Below, one piece after another: positions 41,658-51,620 of a stretch of DNA of 64,000 nt (within the stretch, counting starts at the first letter, position 1; the number at the start of each line of letters is the position of its first letter). Origin of the DNA: Patescibacteria group bacterium (GTDB lineage Bacteria; Patescibacteriota; Patescibacteriia; 2-01-FULL-39-33); assembly GCA_041649575.1 (NCBI GenBank), contig JBAZMW010000001.1, forward strand, positions 87,944 through 151,943, in the 5' to 3' direction. The translations under genes were made by a program, and so were the position numbers. A model generated the notes under the pieces. It ran no database searches, was not told where the DNA came from, and was given only the letters and a program-made list of their open reading frames with translations.

Positions 41658-43250
41658 ATGTTCAAGAATAAAAAAATATTAATTATAATTATCTTAGCGG
41701 TAGTTTTGTTTTTCGTTTATGCCTGCCCCTATTTTGAGCTGCGGCCGCAGACCGATACAGGCGAGATGTGGATTTTTAATACGCCGGACGAAATGGCTAA
41801 TTATTTTTTTATCGCCAATTTTAATAATAACAGTGAGTTAAAAGTCAGCGAACCCCTGAATAACCTTGTCGGCAGTTTGAATATCGTGCATCCGCGCAGT
41901 ATGCAAGTGGCTAGCGGCAATTTGGTCCCGGGAAATTTTTTGGGTTTCATTTTAATCTTGGGGTGGCTGGCCAAAATTTTTGGTTTGGCCTCGGTGCCTT
42001 TTATTATCCCATTTTTTTCTTTACTGGCCATCATTTGTTTTTATCTGATACTAAAAAGTTTTTTCGAAGAAAAGATCGCTTTTTGGTCGGCTTTGCTGCT
42101 GATGATCTTGCCGGCTTTTTGGTATTACAGCTCACGGTCGTTGTTTAATAACGTTCTATTTTTGGATTTTTTGATCATCGGTTTTTATCTGCTAGTCAGG
42201 TTTTCAAATAAAAAAAATGTTGTTAACTTGGTGGTGGCCGGCTTACTGATTGGCTCGGCCCTGACAATGAGGACTGCCGATCTGGCTTGGGTGGGCCTGT
42301 TGTTGATTTTATTTTGCTGGTTTCGGCGGCGAGAGATCGGCTGGCCCTATTGGTTGCTTTTAATCGTCTTGATTTTCGTGCCATTTCTGCCGATATTGTT
42401 TTATCAGCTTCAGCTCTATGGCGGGGCGTTGGCAACTGGTTATAGCCTGAAAGCTCAAGCCGTCGGTAGCTTTTGGCTACTTCATACTGCCCAAAAATTT
42501 CTTTTGCCCTTCGGCTTCAGTTTAAAAAATATTTTTTATAATTTTTATTTTTATTTTATCAAGATGTTCTGGTGGTATTTCTGGCCTGGCCTTTTGGGCG
42601 GACTAACTCTGATCTACCAGTGGCTGAAAGGCAGGTTAACGTTAGAGAAAAAGAGGTATTTTGTTTTATTTGTTTTGGTTTCACTATTTATCTTGTTGTA
42701 TTACGGTTCGTGGTTTTTCTTTAATAATTTAATGGGCAAGGCGCTGATTGGCTCATCGCAGACTCGCTATTTGTTGCCAATTTATATTTTATCGTTACCG
42801 CTAGCCGTTTATGGCTTTGATAAGGTCTTACAATTTATAAAAATTATTTATTTAAAAAAAATCATTTTTTTGTTAATAGCGGTGATAATGATATTTTTTT
42901 CGGTTCGCGTGGTGTGGACTAGTGGCGAGGAGAGTCTGGGCAGTGTTATTAAAACGGTAAAGAGCTATCAGCAGATAAACAAAGAAGTGAGAAGACTGAC
43001 CGAGAATAACGCCATTATTGTTTCTAGCTATAACGACAAAGTATTTTTTCCCCAGCGCAAAGTAATTTACTATTGGCAAGAGCCGCAGTTTTTGGCAAGC
43101 ATAAGTTTGTTCATGAAGGAGGCGCCGGTGTATTTGTATAGCATTAATGGCCCGGCCGATGAGAATTATATTAAGAGCAATTCACAGCTGAAGCTGGAAT
43201 TGGTAAAAAAAATTAATGCCAGCGAGACGCTCTATAAATTAACTAATTAA
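41658..43250 (+). CDS. polytopic membrane protein, possibly a GT-C (ArnT/PMT-like) glycosyltransferase
   Basis: More than 10 TM helices and a first-loop acidic motif TPDEM. Confidence 0.4.
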   Translation: MFKNKKILIIIILAVVLFFVYACPYFELRPQTDTGEMWIFNTPDEMANYFFIANFNNNSELKVSEPLNNLVGSLNIVHPRSMQVASGNLVPGNFLGFILILGWLAKIFGLASVPFIIPFFSLLAIICFYLILKSFFEEKIAFWSALLLMILPAFWYYSSRSLFNNVLFLDFLIIGFYLLVRFSNKKNVVNLVVAGLLIGSALTMRTADLAWVGLLLILFCWFRRREIGWPYWLLLIVLIFVPFLPILFYQLQLYGGALATGYSLKAQAVGSFWLLHTAQKFLLPFGFSLKNIFYNFYFYFIKMFWWYFWPGLLGGLTLIYQWLKGRLTLEKKRYFVLFVLVSLFILLYYGSWFFFNNLMGKALIGSSQTRYLLPIYILSLPLAVYGFDKVLQFIKIIYLKKIIFLLIAVIMIFFSVRVVWTSGEESLGSVIKTVKSYQQINKEVRRLTENNAIIVSSYNDKVFFPQRKVIYYWQEPQFLASISLFMKEAPVYLYSINGPADENYIKSNSQLKLELVKKINASETLYKLTN

Positions 43251-43265
43251 TAATTTATATGATTT

Positions 43266-43673
43266 ATGGACGATTGTCTTTTTTGTAAAATTATCAGAGG
43301 AGAGATACCGGCCAGCAAAGTTTATGAGGACGAGGAAGTGGTGGCTTTTTTGGATATTTTTCCGGTAAACCCTGGACACACCCTGGTGCTGCCCAAAGTT
43401 CATGGTGCTGGTTTTTTGGAATTGCAAAACGAGCTGATTTCCAAAATAATGATGGTAATCAAAAAAATTACGCCAGCGATTCTGGCCGGCGTTGATGCAA
43501 AGGATTTTAATTTTGGCTTAAATAACGGCGCTCTGGCCGGCCAGGCGATAGCCCACGTGCATTGGCATATTATGCCGCGATTTGAGGGGGACGGGCACAA
43601 GCTTTTTGCCGGCAGACAATACGAGCCGGGCCAGGCGGAGGCGGTACTGAAAAGAATAAAAGAAAATTTATAG
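43266..43673 (+). CDS. HIT-family (histidine triad) nucleotide hydrolase
   Basis: Histidine triad HVHWHIMPR and an N-terminal CLFCKI. Confidence 0.9.
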   Translation: MDDCLFCKIIRGEIPASKVYEDEEVVAFLDIFPVNPGHTLVLPKVHGAGFLELQNELISKIMMVIKKITPAILAGVDAKDFNFGLNNGALAGQAIAHVHWHIMPRFEGDGHKLFAGRQYEPGQAEAVLKRIKENL

Positions 43674-43693
43674 AGGAGCTGTCAGTTGAACGA

Positions 43694-43725
43694 AAACAAC
43701 CCCCGATTAAGCGAGGGTTGTTTTT
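43694..43725. terminator. bidirectional terminator hairpin between convergent genes
   Basis: AAACAACCC / GGGTTGTTT stem with A and T flanks. Confidence 0.5.
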
Positions 43726-43732
43726 CAAATAA

Positions 43733-45049
43733 CTATTTTATGTTGATTTTGAAAATGCCAGCCTGGTCGTTAAAAGTGCCGGCGAGATAAAGGTTGCTAC
43801 CGCTGCTGTCGCTGGCCAGATAGTCAAGCCGTTCTAGATCAATAAGATCGGTAATATTTCTGAGTTCGCGGTTGTCTAGCTCGATGATTCTGATTTTATT
43901 ATTTTCAGTAAAAATCAAATGGCGGCCAAGAGGATGCCAGAGCGCCTGTTTAATCGGCTGTCCTAAGCGAGTAATTAGTTCCGGTTCGTTTTTTTTGTTT
44001 TCATAAATCCAAAGTTCCCATTGATTGCTAAGTAAGAGAGAACCGTCTTTTAACCAATCAATTTGTCCGCTGTCAAGTTTGATTAGGGGATCAATCTGGT
44101 CGGGGTCGGCAATGAAGGTTTTTTGCGCTTTTTTATCGAGTAAAATTACCTTAGGAAAATAACGATTGGCAAAAAGACAATCATCGCACCTGACCTCTTC
44201 CAGGAATTCGGGATTTTGGCCGTTGGGTTGGACTTTATTGAGTTTTTGGTCCTTGAAGGAATAATACTGCCCATCAAGAAAAAGAAAATCTCTGATGCCG
44301 GTGTCGGCATATAACAATTTTTCTTGGCCGCTGAAGAGATCAATCTGCCAAGCGCCTTGCTCGTTAAGGCCATAAAGCAGGTTGTCATTTTCTAGATCCC
44401 ATTTCATCAACCGGTATTTCTGGCCAGAAATCTTAAATGGAGTCTTATTGATTTTTTGCTCAATAGTGTAAACCAGGTAGTCGCCAGTCTGGTCTGGTGA
44501 CGTTTTGACTAATATTTTTTTGCTGGTATTAGACCAGCCTTCAAGAGAAACTGTGGAATATTGGCTTAAATCCGCCAGCGGTAACAGTTTACCATCACTA
44601 AAATCTAAAAACAGTAATTGGTTTTTGTTGATAATGGCGGCTTTTTTTTGATCGGGAGCTGTCAGCCAGTCGCTGGGAGAGACCGAGCTTAAACTCACTG
44701 GCTGACTATTTTTCCAAAGAATTATTTTTTCTGCGAAAGTGGTAGAATTTTCCAAAACAGTCAATTTTTTTTGCCAGTCGTGATAGCCGTCTTTGGTTAG
44801 CTTGACTTCGTAATCGCCGGGTAGAATATTTTCCAATCTGGCGGGGGTAGTGTTTGGGAACGGTTCGCCATTTAGATAAATATTGGCGCGGCGAGGCAGA
44901 GAGCTAATAATAAAAATACCAGTTTTTTGGACGCGGCTTTTTTTGAGGTTGTAGCGGTAACCTTGGGTATAAAGAATTACCGCTGGCGCGGCCAACAAAA
45001 AAACGACTATAAAAAAAACATAAATCAGACGACGATGGAAAAGAGTCAT
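43733..45049 (-). CDS. PEGA-domain protein with a C-terminal beta-propeller-like region, membrane anchored
   Basis: N-terminal TM helix and a PEGA motif (ANIYLNGEPFPNTTPARLENILPGDYEVKLTKDGYHDW). Confidence 0.65.
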   Translation of the reverse strand: MTLFHRRLIYVFFIVVFLLAAPAVILYTQGYRYNLKKSRVQKTGIFIISSLPRRANIYLNGEPFPNTTPARLENILPGDYEVKLTKDGYHDWQKKLTVLENSTTFAEKIILWKNSQPVSLSSVSPSDWLTAPDQKKAAIINKNQLLFLDFSDGKLLPLADLSQYSTVSLEGWSNTSKKILVKTSPDQTGDYLVYTIEQKINKTPFKISGQKYRLMKWDLENDNLLYGLNEQGAWQIDLFSGQEKLLYADTGIRDFLFLDGQYYSFKDQKLNKVQPNGQNPEFLEEVRCDDCLFANRYFPKVILLDKKAQKTFIADPDQIDPLIKLDSGQIDWLKDGSLLLSNQWELWIYENKKNEPELITRLGQPIKQALWHPLGRHLIFTENNKIRIIELDNRELRNITDLIDLERLDYLASDSSGSNLYLAGTFNDQAGIFKINIK

Positions 45050-45051
45050 AA

Positions 45052-46338
45052 TTAATCGTTAATTTTTTCTATTCTGGCGCCAAGATTTTTTAGGCGTTCA
45101 ACGATATTTTCGTAACCCCGCTCGATTTGGTAGACGTTTTCGATGACGGTCTGTCCCTCGGCAGCCAAGCCGGCCAGCAGCAGGGCCATGCCGGCGCGCA
45201 AGTCCGGACTTTCCAGTTTTTTGCCATAAAGCTGGGTGGGGCCGCTGACAATTACGCGATGCGGATCGCACATAATAATATTGGCTCCCATTTGCACCAG
45301 TTTATCGGTATAAAATAGCCGGCCGTCATAAATCATTTCATGAATCAAGCTTTGGCCGCTGGCCTGGGTCATAAGTACGGTAAACGGTGCTTGGAGATCG
45401 GTGGGGAAGCCGGGATATTCGTGAGTGCGCAATTCCGTGCCGCAGAATTTACTGGTGTTGGTGGCAATATAATCGGAGCCGATTTCCAAATTAGCGCCGG
45501 CTTTTTTCAGGGTCAGAAGCACGGTTTCTAAGTGGTCGGGGCGACAGTTGGTGACAGAAATTTTACTGTTGGTGAGCAGCCCCATAATTACCAGCGAGCC
45601 GGCCTCGATACGATCGGGTAGCAATTGATGCTCACCGCCGCCGATTTTTTCAACGCCTTCAATGGTAATTTCCGGAGTGCCGGCGCCAGAAATTTTGGCG
45701 CCGCAGGAGTTAAGATAATCGGCCAGGGCCGGGATCTCCGGTTCCATGGCGGCATTAATAATTTTAGTGGTGCCTTTGGCCAGGCAAGCGGTCATCATCA
45801 TGCTTTCGGTGACGGTGACGGAAATCCAGGGCAGAACGATTTTGGCGCCGCGCAAATCCTTGGCCTTAAGGGTATAGAAGCCATTGTCTCGATTTTCATA
45901 GATAGTAGCGCCCAAAGCCTTAAAGCCGTCGAGAAACATACCTATCGGGCGTTTGCCGATAATGCAGCCGCCCGGGTGAGTGAGCGTGACTTCGCCAAAA
46001 CGAGCCAGGAGCGGCCCGGCTACCATAATCGAAGAACGTAATTTTTTGGCCAGTTCCGGATCGGCTGAAGTTTTACTTAAGTTTTTTGGTTCAATGGTCA
46101 GTCGGTGGTCTTGGCGCTCGATCTTGGCTCCTAAATTAGCCATGATTTCCACCAAACGGTTTATATCTTCGATATTGGGGAGATTGGTGATGGTGCAGGG
46201 CTCTTCAGACAATAAAGAAGCAGCTAAAATTTTTAAAGCGGCATTTTTTGCTCCGGAAACGGCAATTTTGCCGCCCAGCGGCCGACCGCCTTGGATTAGA
46301 TATTTTTCCATATAAATTGAAATTTTTGACTTTTTCAT
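45052..46338 (-). CDS. murA: UDP-N-acetylglucosamine 1-carboxyvinyltransferase
   Basis: LIQGGRPLGGKIAVSGAKNAALKILAASLL. The true start may be MEKYL at 46311. Confidence 0.92.
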   Translation of the reverse strand: MKKSKISIYMEKYLIQGGRPLGGKIAVSGAKNAALKILAASLLSEEPCTITNLPNIEDINRLVEIMANLGAKIERQDHRLTIEPKNLSKTSADPELAKKLRSSIMVAGPLLARFGEVTLTHPGGCIIGKRPIGMFLDGFKALGATIYENRDNGFYTLKAKDLRGAKIVLPWISVTVTESMMMTACLAKGTTKIINAAMEPEIPALADYLNSCGAKISGAGTPEITIEGVEKIGGGEHQLLPDRIEAGSLVIMGLLTNSKISVTNCRPDHLETVLLTLKKAGANLEIGSDYIATNTSKFCGTELRTHEYPGFPTDLQAPFTVLMTQASGQSLIHEMIYDGRLFYTDKLVQMGANIIMCDPHRVIVSGPTQLYGKKLESPDLRAGMALLLAGLAAEGQTVIENVYQIERGYENIVERLKNLGARIEKIND

Positions 46339-46458
46339 TATAGCAATTTAAACCGGCTTTGATAAGTCCCCGGACTTTTGCCAAAACGATTTTGCTAAAA
46401 GCCTTTTTTCTGTTAAAATGTTATTAATTATTATTAAGTTGTAAATCGTATTGATTTT

Positions 46459-47736
46459 ATGGAAAAGGATTTTGATTCCCAGCTCAAAACAGGAAATCGT
46501 TGGCAGTTTCCCTGGTGGCTGGTGGCAATTTTTATTTTGGTTGCCTTTGGCTTCGGCTTTTTGAGCGCCAGCGATGTTTTTTCGCCAGCCAGCCAAAAAG
46601 TAATTAAAGGTATTAGTCCAGAGCAAGCCAGCTCGACTCCCGGCCAGCTCAAAAATGCCGAGGGCAATCTGCCGGAATATCTTACCAAAGACGTTGATTT
46701 TAAATTGTTTTGGGAGGTTTGGAATTTGGTAAAAGACAAATATTACGACAAAAATATTCCGGAAACCCAGATGTTTTATGGCGCTTTGGCGGGGATAGTG
46801 GCTTCTTTAAAGGATCCTTATTCGGTATTTATGACCGCCCAGGATACCGACCAATTCACGGAAGAATTAAAAGGTAATTTTGAAGGCATTGGCATAGAGA
46901 TAGGCGTTAGAAATAATCTTTTGACAGTAATGGCGCCTTTGCCCGATACCCCGGCCTCGAGAGCCGGACTAAGGGCAGGAGACGTTATTCTAAAAATCGA
47001 CAAGCTTGATGCCGCCAGTATCAGCTTGGATAAAGCGGTTAGCTTGATTCGCGGCAAGAGAGGAACAGAAGTAGCCCTGACCATCACCAGGCATAATTTT
47101 AAGGAGCCAAAGGAAATAAAAATTGTCAGAGAGGCGATAACCGTAAAGAGCATAGCTCTGGAATGGAAAGATGACGTGGCTTATATCAAAGTGCGGCAGT
47201 TCAACGATGACACGATACCGCTTTTTGACCAAGCGATAGTAGAAATTTATAAAAAGAAAAATGTAAAGGGAGTTATTTTGGACTTACGAAATGATCCCGG
47301 CGGTTATTTGCAGTCGGCCATTGATATGGCTGGCGAATGGACTAATGGCGAAGTGGTGGTCTTGGAAAAAATGCGCGACGGCAGCGAGATCAAACATCGT
47401 TCCAGCCGTCAGGCCAGATTGACCAAATACCAAACCGTCGTTTTGGTTAATGGCGGCAGCGCCTCCGGCTCGGAAATAGTGGCCGGCGCTTTGCAAGACT
47501 TGAAAAAAGCGACGATTGTCGGAGAAAAAAGTTTTGGCAAGGGCTCGGTGCAAGACCTGACTAATTTGAGCGACGGCTCTTCCATCAAGCTGACTATTGC
47601 CAAATGGTTTACGCCCAGCGGCCGCTCCATAGAAGAAGCGGGTATTGAGCCGGATATCAAGATAGAACTGTCCGATGAAGACTACAACAATAATCGTGAC
47701 CCACAACTAGATAAGGCCCTGGAGATGCTAAGGTAG
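46459..47736 (+). CDS. ctpA: carboxyl-terminal processing protease (S41) with a PDZ domain
   Basis: PDZ (GIGIEIG...ASRAGLRAGDVILKID) and S41 core (VLVNGGSASGSEIVAGAL). Confidence 0.9.
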   Translation: MEKDFDSQLKTGNRWQFPWWLVAIFILVAFGFGFLSASDVFSPASQKVIKGISPEQASSTPGQLKNAEGNLPEYLTKDVDFKLFWEVWNLVKDKYYDKNIPETQMFYGALAGIVASLKDPYSVFMTAQDTDQFTEELKGNFEGIGIEIGVRNNLLTVMAPLPDTPASRAGLRAGDVILKIDKLDAASISLDKAVSLIRGKRGTEVALTITRHNFKEPKEIKIVREAITVKSIALEWKDDVAYIKVRQFNDDTIPLFDQAIVEIYKKKNVKGVILDLRNDPGGYLQSAIDMAGEWTNGEVVVLEKMRDGSEIKHRSSRQARLTKYQTVVLVNGGSASGSEIVAGALQDLKKATIVGEKSFGKGSVQDLTNLSDGSSIKLTIAKWFTPSGRSIEEAGIEPDIKIELSDEDYNNNRDPQLDKALEMLR

Positions 47737-47740
47737 TTTT

Positions 47741-48016
47741 ATGGAGAAAAGATTGGAGCTAAAAATAGAAGGCAGAGTGCAGGGTGTGGGTTTCCGGTTT
47801 GCGGCTCTTAGGAAGGCGCGGGAGCTGGGGCTGAAAGGCTGGGTGAAAAACGATTTCAATGGCAGCGTGGAAATAGTCGCCGAAGGGGTTGACGAAAATT
47901 TGAAAGAGCTTTTGGACTGGTGTTATAATGGAAGTGAAAATTCACAAGTGGAAGCCGTGACAGCCAATTGGCGGGCGGCTAATGATGATTTTAAGGAATT
48001 TTCAGTTTTAGATTAA
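47741..48016 (+). CDS. acyP: acylphosphatase
   Basis: [11 protein letters not shown]...[17 protein letters not shown]. Confidence 0.88.
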   Translation: MEKRLELKIEGRVQGVGFRFAALRKARELGLKGWVKNDFNGSVEIVAEGVDENLKELLDWCYNGSENSQVEAVTANWRAANDDFKEFSVLD

Positions 48017-48038
48017 AAAATTAATAAGAAATAGGGGA

Positions 48039-48479
48039 ATGAGAGTGATTTTAACCAAAAAAGTGCCTACTTTGGGAGAAGCCGGCGAGGTTAAAGAGGT
48101 GGCTGATGGTTATGCGCGCAATTTTTTGTTTTCCAGGCGTTTGGCGGAGCTGGCAACCGAAGAAAATCTGAAAAAATTAGAAGAAAATAACAAGCACAAA
48201 GCCAAGCTGGCCGAGAAGGACCTGCTGCTGACCGAACAGCTGGCTGATAGATTAAATGGCACGGTGGTAGAAATAGAGGAAAAAGCCAATGAAGTTGGCA
48301 AACTATACGCGGCGGTCTCGCCCTCTGCCATTGCCAAAAAATTAAAAGAGCTGGGGCTGGAGATCAAAAAAAATCAGGTAACGATGCCGGAGCCGATTAA
48401 AGAGCTGGGAGAACATCGGGCCTTGATCAACCTGGATCATGGTTTGGAAGTCGAGATAACAATTATAGTGAAGGAATAA
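48039..48479 (+). CDS. rplI: 50S ribosomal protein L9
   Basis: [30 protein letters not shown]. Confidence 0.92.
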   Translation: MRVILTKKVPTLGEAGEVKEVADGYARNFLFSRRLAELATEENLKKLEENNKHKAKLAEKDLLLTEQLADRLNGTVVEIEEKANEVGKLYAAVSPSAIAKKLKELGLEIKKNQVTMPEPIKELGEHRALINLDHGLEVEITIIVKE

Positions 48480-48505
48480 ACCTTTGTTTTTTAAGGATAA
48501 GAAAT

Positions 48506-48536
48506 AGGGGCCGATGCCCCTTCATTTATTTTTTAG
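48506..48536 (+). terminator. rho-independent terminator after rplI
   Basis: AGGGGC / GCCCCT stem, CGAT loop, T-rich tail. Confidence 0.7.
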
Positions 48537-48542
48537 GTTTAG

Positions 48543-49058
48543 TTGATATTGTGTTTAGTAAAAAATAATTATCGTAAATTTATCATTATTATGAAAGAGT
48601 ATAAATCATTTAAGAGAGAAAACTGGATTAATGCTTTTGCTTTTTATTCTCACGAAAGTCTGGAGGTTTCTAGGATAGCCCATTCGCTCTCAAAAAATAC
48701 GGTATGCTATCGGTTAGTCTGTGACTCAATAGAATTTTCTTTGAAAGGTTTACTTTGTTGTTTGGGCTATGAAATTAATTATCTTAAAAATGATTTTGGT
48801 CACGATATCTACTCTCTTGCCTCGACTTTATCTGCAGATTGGCTGAAAGTTCGGAATGGTAGTTTATTAAAACCCATTGATTTAGAAACAATAAAAAAGG
48901 CTTCAGGTTCGTATAAGAATAAAATTTTTCATTATCCCAATGAGTTAGAAAAAGGTAATCCAGCTTTTCAAAAATTAGAGAAGGTGGCTGAATTTTTAGT
49001 AAAAGAGTTAAGAATCGGGACTATTAATGTCGCACCTGCTGTTTCCGTGGTTAATTAA
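48543..49058 (+). CDS. HEPN-like domain protein (orphan)
   Basis: IEFSLKGLLCCLGYEINYLKNDFGHDIYSL resembles the HEPN helix pair. No adjacent nucleotidyltransferase partner was seen. Confidence 0.45.
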   Translation: MILCLVKNNYRKFIIIMKEYKSFKRENWINAFAFYSHESLEVSRIAHSLSKNTVCYRLVCDSIEFSLKGLLCCLGYEINYLKNDFGHDIYSLASTLSADWLKVRNGSLLKPIDLETIKKASGSYKNKIFHYPNELEKGNPAFQKLEKVAEFLVKELRIGTINVAPAVSVVN

Positions 49059-49152
49059 AATAGGTCTTGACAAGAGATAAATAATTTATTAAGATAATAA
49101 GTCCTACAATGGCGTAGGCGTACAATAGTCAACAACAAAGAGGAGAACAACG

Positions 49153-49254
49153 GTGAACATTCTGCAAGAGATTTTGGAAGGATCAGCGGCGGTGAAGCCG
49201 GAGACCGTGACGAAACACAGCCCTGACGTTAAGGTGGGCCTCGATTTTTTTTAA
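49153..49254 (+). CDS. small ORF (33 aa) with consensus promoter, strong SD and terminator
   Basis: TTGACA-17-TAAGAT (49067-49095), an AAAGAGGAG SD 6 nt before GTG, GC-rich codons, and the hairpin at 49271-49300 downstream. Confidence 0.35.
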   Translation: MNILQEILEGSAAVKPETVTKHSPDVKVGLDFF

Positions 49255-49270
49255 CAAAGATTTTTAGATA

Positions 49271-49300
49271 AAAAACATCCCCCTTGATGGGGGATGTTTT
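49271..49300. terminator. bidirectional rho-independent terminator (small ORF on plus, rpmA on minus)
   Basis: ACATCCCCC / GGGGGATGT stem flanked by an A-run and a T-run. Confidence 0.75.
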
Positions 49301-49312
49301 AATAAAACTAAT

Positions 49313-49585
49313 TTATTCGACGCTGACCATTTGCGCATATTGCAGCCGGCCGTCATATTTTTTAATTTTCTTTTTGGTAAATTTGACCAGGCCGACGGCG
49401 GTGGCAAAAACAGTGTCGTCTTTGCCGATTTTGGTATTTTTTCCGGCGCGATAGCGGGTGCCCCGCTGACGGACAATAATGGAGCCGGCCTTGGCCTGCT
49501 CGCCGCCGTAAAGCTTGATGCCCAGCCGCTGGGCATTGGAGTCGCGGCCGAGACGAGTACTGCCGCCAGCTTTCTTATGAGCCAT
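49313..49585 (-). CDS. rpmA: 50S ribosomal protein L27
   Basis: [29 protein letters not shown]...IIVRQRGT. Confidence 0.93.
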   Translation of the reverse strand: MAHKKAGGSTRLGRDSNAQRLGIKLYGGEQAKAGSIIVRQRGTRYRAGKNTKIGKDDTVFATAVGLVKFTKKKIKKYDGRLQYAQMVSVE

Positions 49586-49732
49586 ATTTTGAGATTATTA
49601 ATACTTAAAGTTTAGTAATTAGGATTGTAATATATTATTATTTTTTTGTCAATAAAAATGGTTTGACCGGGGCCGTCCTAGCGCTGTGTAGCGTTGGGTT
49701 GGTCCCGGTCTGGGCGTAAGGTGCGACATGGG

Positions 49733-49945
49733 TCAGTTCTCCTTCAGGCAGATGTCAGGTTTCATTCTGGCCAACGCAAAGCCGTCCAATATGGCATCTC
49801 GCGGCACTCGCATGGCTTGAAGCGCTTGGACCACTGCATCGGGGTTGAAGTTGCTTCGCAGGACAATCCTGACCTTCTCTGAGGGAGGCAGCCCCCTCCG
49901 GCCCCGCCAGATATTTCTGACAAACTCTTCTGCCGTCTGCGGCAT
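49733..49945 (-). CDS. 70 aa ORF inside a GC-rich 0.3 kb block, possibly a mobile-element remnant
   Basis: Strong SD (AAGGAGGTGA) 6 nt before ATG and ~58% GC. It sits where rplU would be expected. Confidence 0.3.
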   Translation of the reverse strand: MPQTAEEFVRNIWRGRRGLPPSEKVRIVLRSNFNPDAVVQALQAMRVPRDAILDGFALARMKPDICLKEN

Positions 49946-50075
49946 GACCGATCACCTCCTTTCTTGTCAGATTTCCGATCTGGGCTCGGATGTCAATATC
50001 ATAAATATTTTTTAAGCATTAGTCAAGTGCTGGCGGTTTTGTTATAATAAATACAGAATTAATAATTTTATTTTT

Positions 50076-50720
50076 ATGAAAAAAATCGGTCAGCTTTTAT
50101 TTTTATTGCTATTAACTTTGCCTTTGGCCGGTTGTTTGAATAATCTCTCAAAGGAGAATCGGCTGGTGGATACCCCGGACAACAAAACAAAAAATAGCAA
50201 TCAGCAGCTTAACCGGGAAATCGACGCTCCAAGCAATATTAATATTAATACCAATATTAATACCAACACAACAGTAAAAAAATTTTACCCCGATGCCGGT
50301 TTGGCCAAGAGCGGACAGACAACCAATCAAGATTCACAAAACCAGTCAAAAAAGAATTTTATTATCACCCAAGAGCTGCAGGTCAAGTTTTATTTAGTTG
50401 ACAAATATAATCCCGGCACTTGTTATGGCCTGCCCGGGCCGGTACCTGCCGAAGCAATCGCTGGCATGATTGGCCGCAATCCGGAGTTGGCAGAACTGGT
50501 AAGGTCAAAATACAATCTGACTGCCGATTTGGATGTTTATAATAAAATCAAGCAGCTTAACGGCATTCAGCTGGAAAAATTGGCCGGCGGCAAATATCAG
50601 TTTGACTTTACCGATGGCCAGTGCTGTATTTTGAAAGCTTATGAAGGGGAGGTGACAATCGTCGGACAGACCATTAGTGACACAATTACTAAACAAGACA
50701 GCAAACAGAACCCATGTTAG
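50076..50720 (+). CDS. lipoprotein with an N-rich low-complexity region (hypothetical)
   Basis: Lipobox LPLAGC and an NININTNINTN low-complexity tract. Confidence 0.55.
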   Translation: MKKIGQLLFLLLLTLPLAGCLNNLSKENRLVDTPDNKTKNSNQQLNREIDAPSNININTNINTNTTVKKFYPDAGLAKSGQTTNQDSQNQSKKNFIITQELQVKFYLVDKYNPGTCYGLPGPVPAEAIAGMIGRNPELAELVRSKYNLTADLDVYNKIKQLNGIQLEKLAGGKYQFDFTDGQCCILKAYEGEVTIVGQTISDTITKQDSKQNPC

Positions 50721-51535
50721 GAAAATTTTCAATTAAACATAGGCCACCATTTTTGTTGTTGGGCGGGATTCTTATTTTGGTTTTGGCTGGCTGCCAGGGC
50801 GGAGCCAAGCTGATAAATATTAATATTGATAGTGAAGCCGAGGTCGCTACCGCAACTGTAAAAAAGATTGAAGCGACCAGCTCGCCGGAAGCCAAAACAG
50901 CAGAAAAGATTAAGGCGCCAATCGTCCCCGCTACCAACCTAAAACAAGTTTTATCCAAACTGGAGCTGCCGGTATTATTCGCCCAGCAAGCGCCTTTTGC
51001 CAATTGGGACGCCCTGCACGAAGAGGCTTGCGAAGAGGCAGCGATGATTATTGTCGCCAAATATTTTTTACACCAGCCGCTGAATGAGACAATCATGGAA
51101 CAGGAAATACAAAAGCTGGTAAAATGGGAAAAAGAGCGAGGATACGAAGTCGACTTGACGGCGCAGGAAACAGTTGAAATTTTGCAAACACTTTTTGGAT
51201 TAAAAACTGAAGTCAGTCAGGAAGTGACGGTTGATCAAATCAAATATGAGTTGTCTCAAGGCAATTTAATAATTGTGCCGGCTGCCGGACGAGAGCTTAA
51301 TAATCCTAATTTCAAGCAGCCAGGACCGATTTATCATATGTTGGTTATTAAAGGTTATAATGACCAGGAATTCATTACTAACGACCCGGGCACCAGAAAG
51401 GGCAACGGCTGGAAATACAAATATAGTCAGCTGTTGGATTCCGTTCATGATTGGAATCATGATTTGGCCAAAGACGGCTTGACCAATCAGGAGATGGCTC
51501 AGGGAGAAAGAGTGATGGTTATCGTTAGAAAATAA
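50714..51535 (+). CDS. lipoprotein with a papain-like (C39-like) peptidase domain
   Basis: Lipobox LVLAGC, a Cys motif EEACEEAAMIIVAKYF, and PGPIYHMLVIKGYND...DPG. Confidence 0.45.
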   Translation: MLGKFSIKHRPPFLLLGGILILVLAGCQGGAKLININIDSEAEVATATVKKIEATSSPEAKTAEKIKAPIVPATNLKQVLSKLELPVLFAQQAPFANWDALHEEACEEAAMIIVAKYFLHQPLNETIMEQEIQKLVKWEKERGYEVDLTAQETVEILQTLFGLKTEVSQEVTVDQIKYELSQGNLIIVPAAGRELNNPNFKQPGPIYHMLVIKGYNDQEFITNDPGTRKGNGWKYKYSQLLDSVHDWNHDLAKDGLTNQEMAQGERVMVIVRK

Positions 51536-51620
51536 TTTTTGACTTATCCACAACAGGTGGGTTGACACCCATTTTTTTTATTGATAAATTAATAAAACCT
51601 AGTAATTTAGTAGGAGTTAT

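Noticed and set aside
49733-49945. Calling the 70 aa ORF a transposase fragment
   Set aside because: Its similarity to transposase N-terminal HTH regions is impressionistic only. It was kept as a compositional anomaly rather than a mobile_element call.
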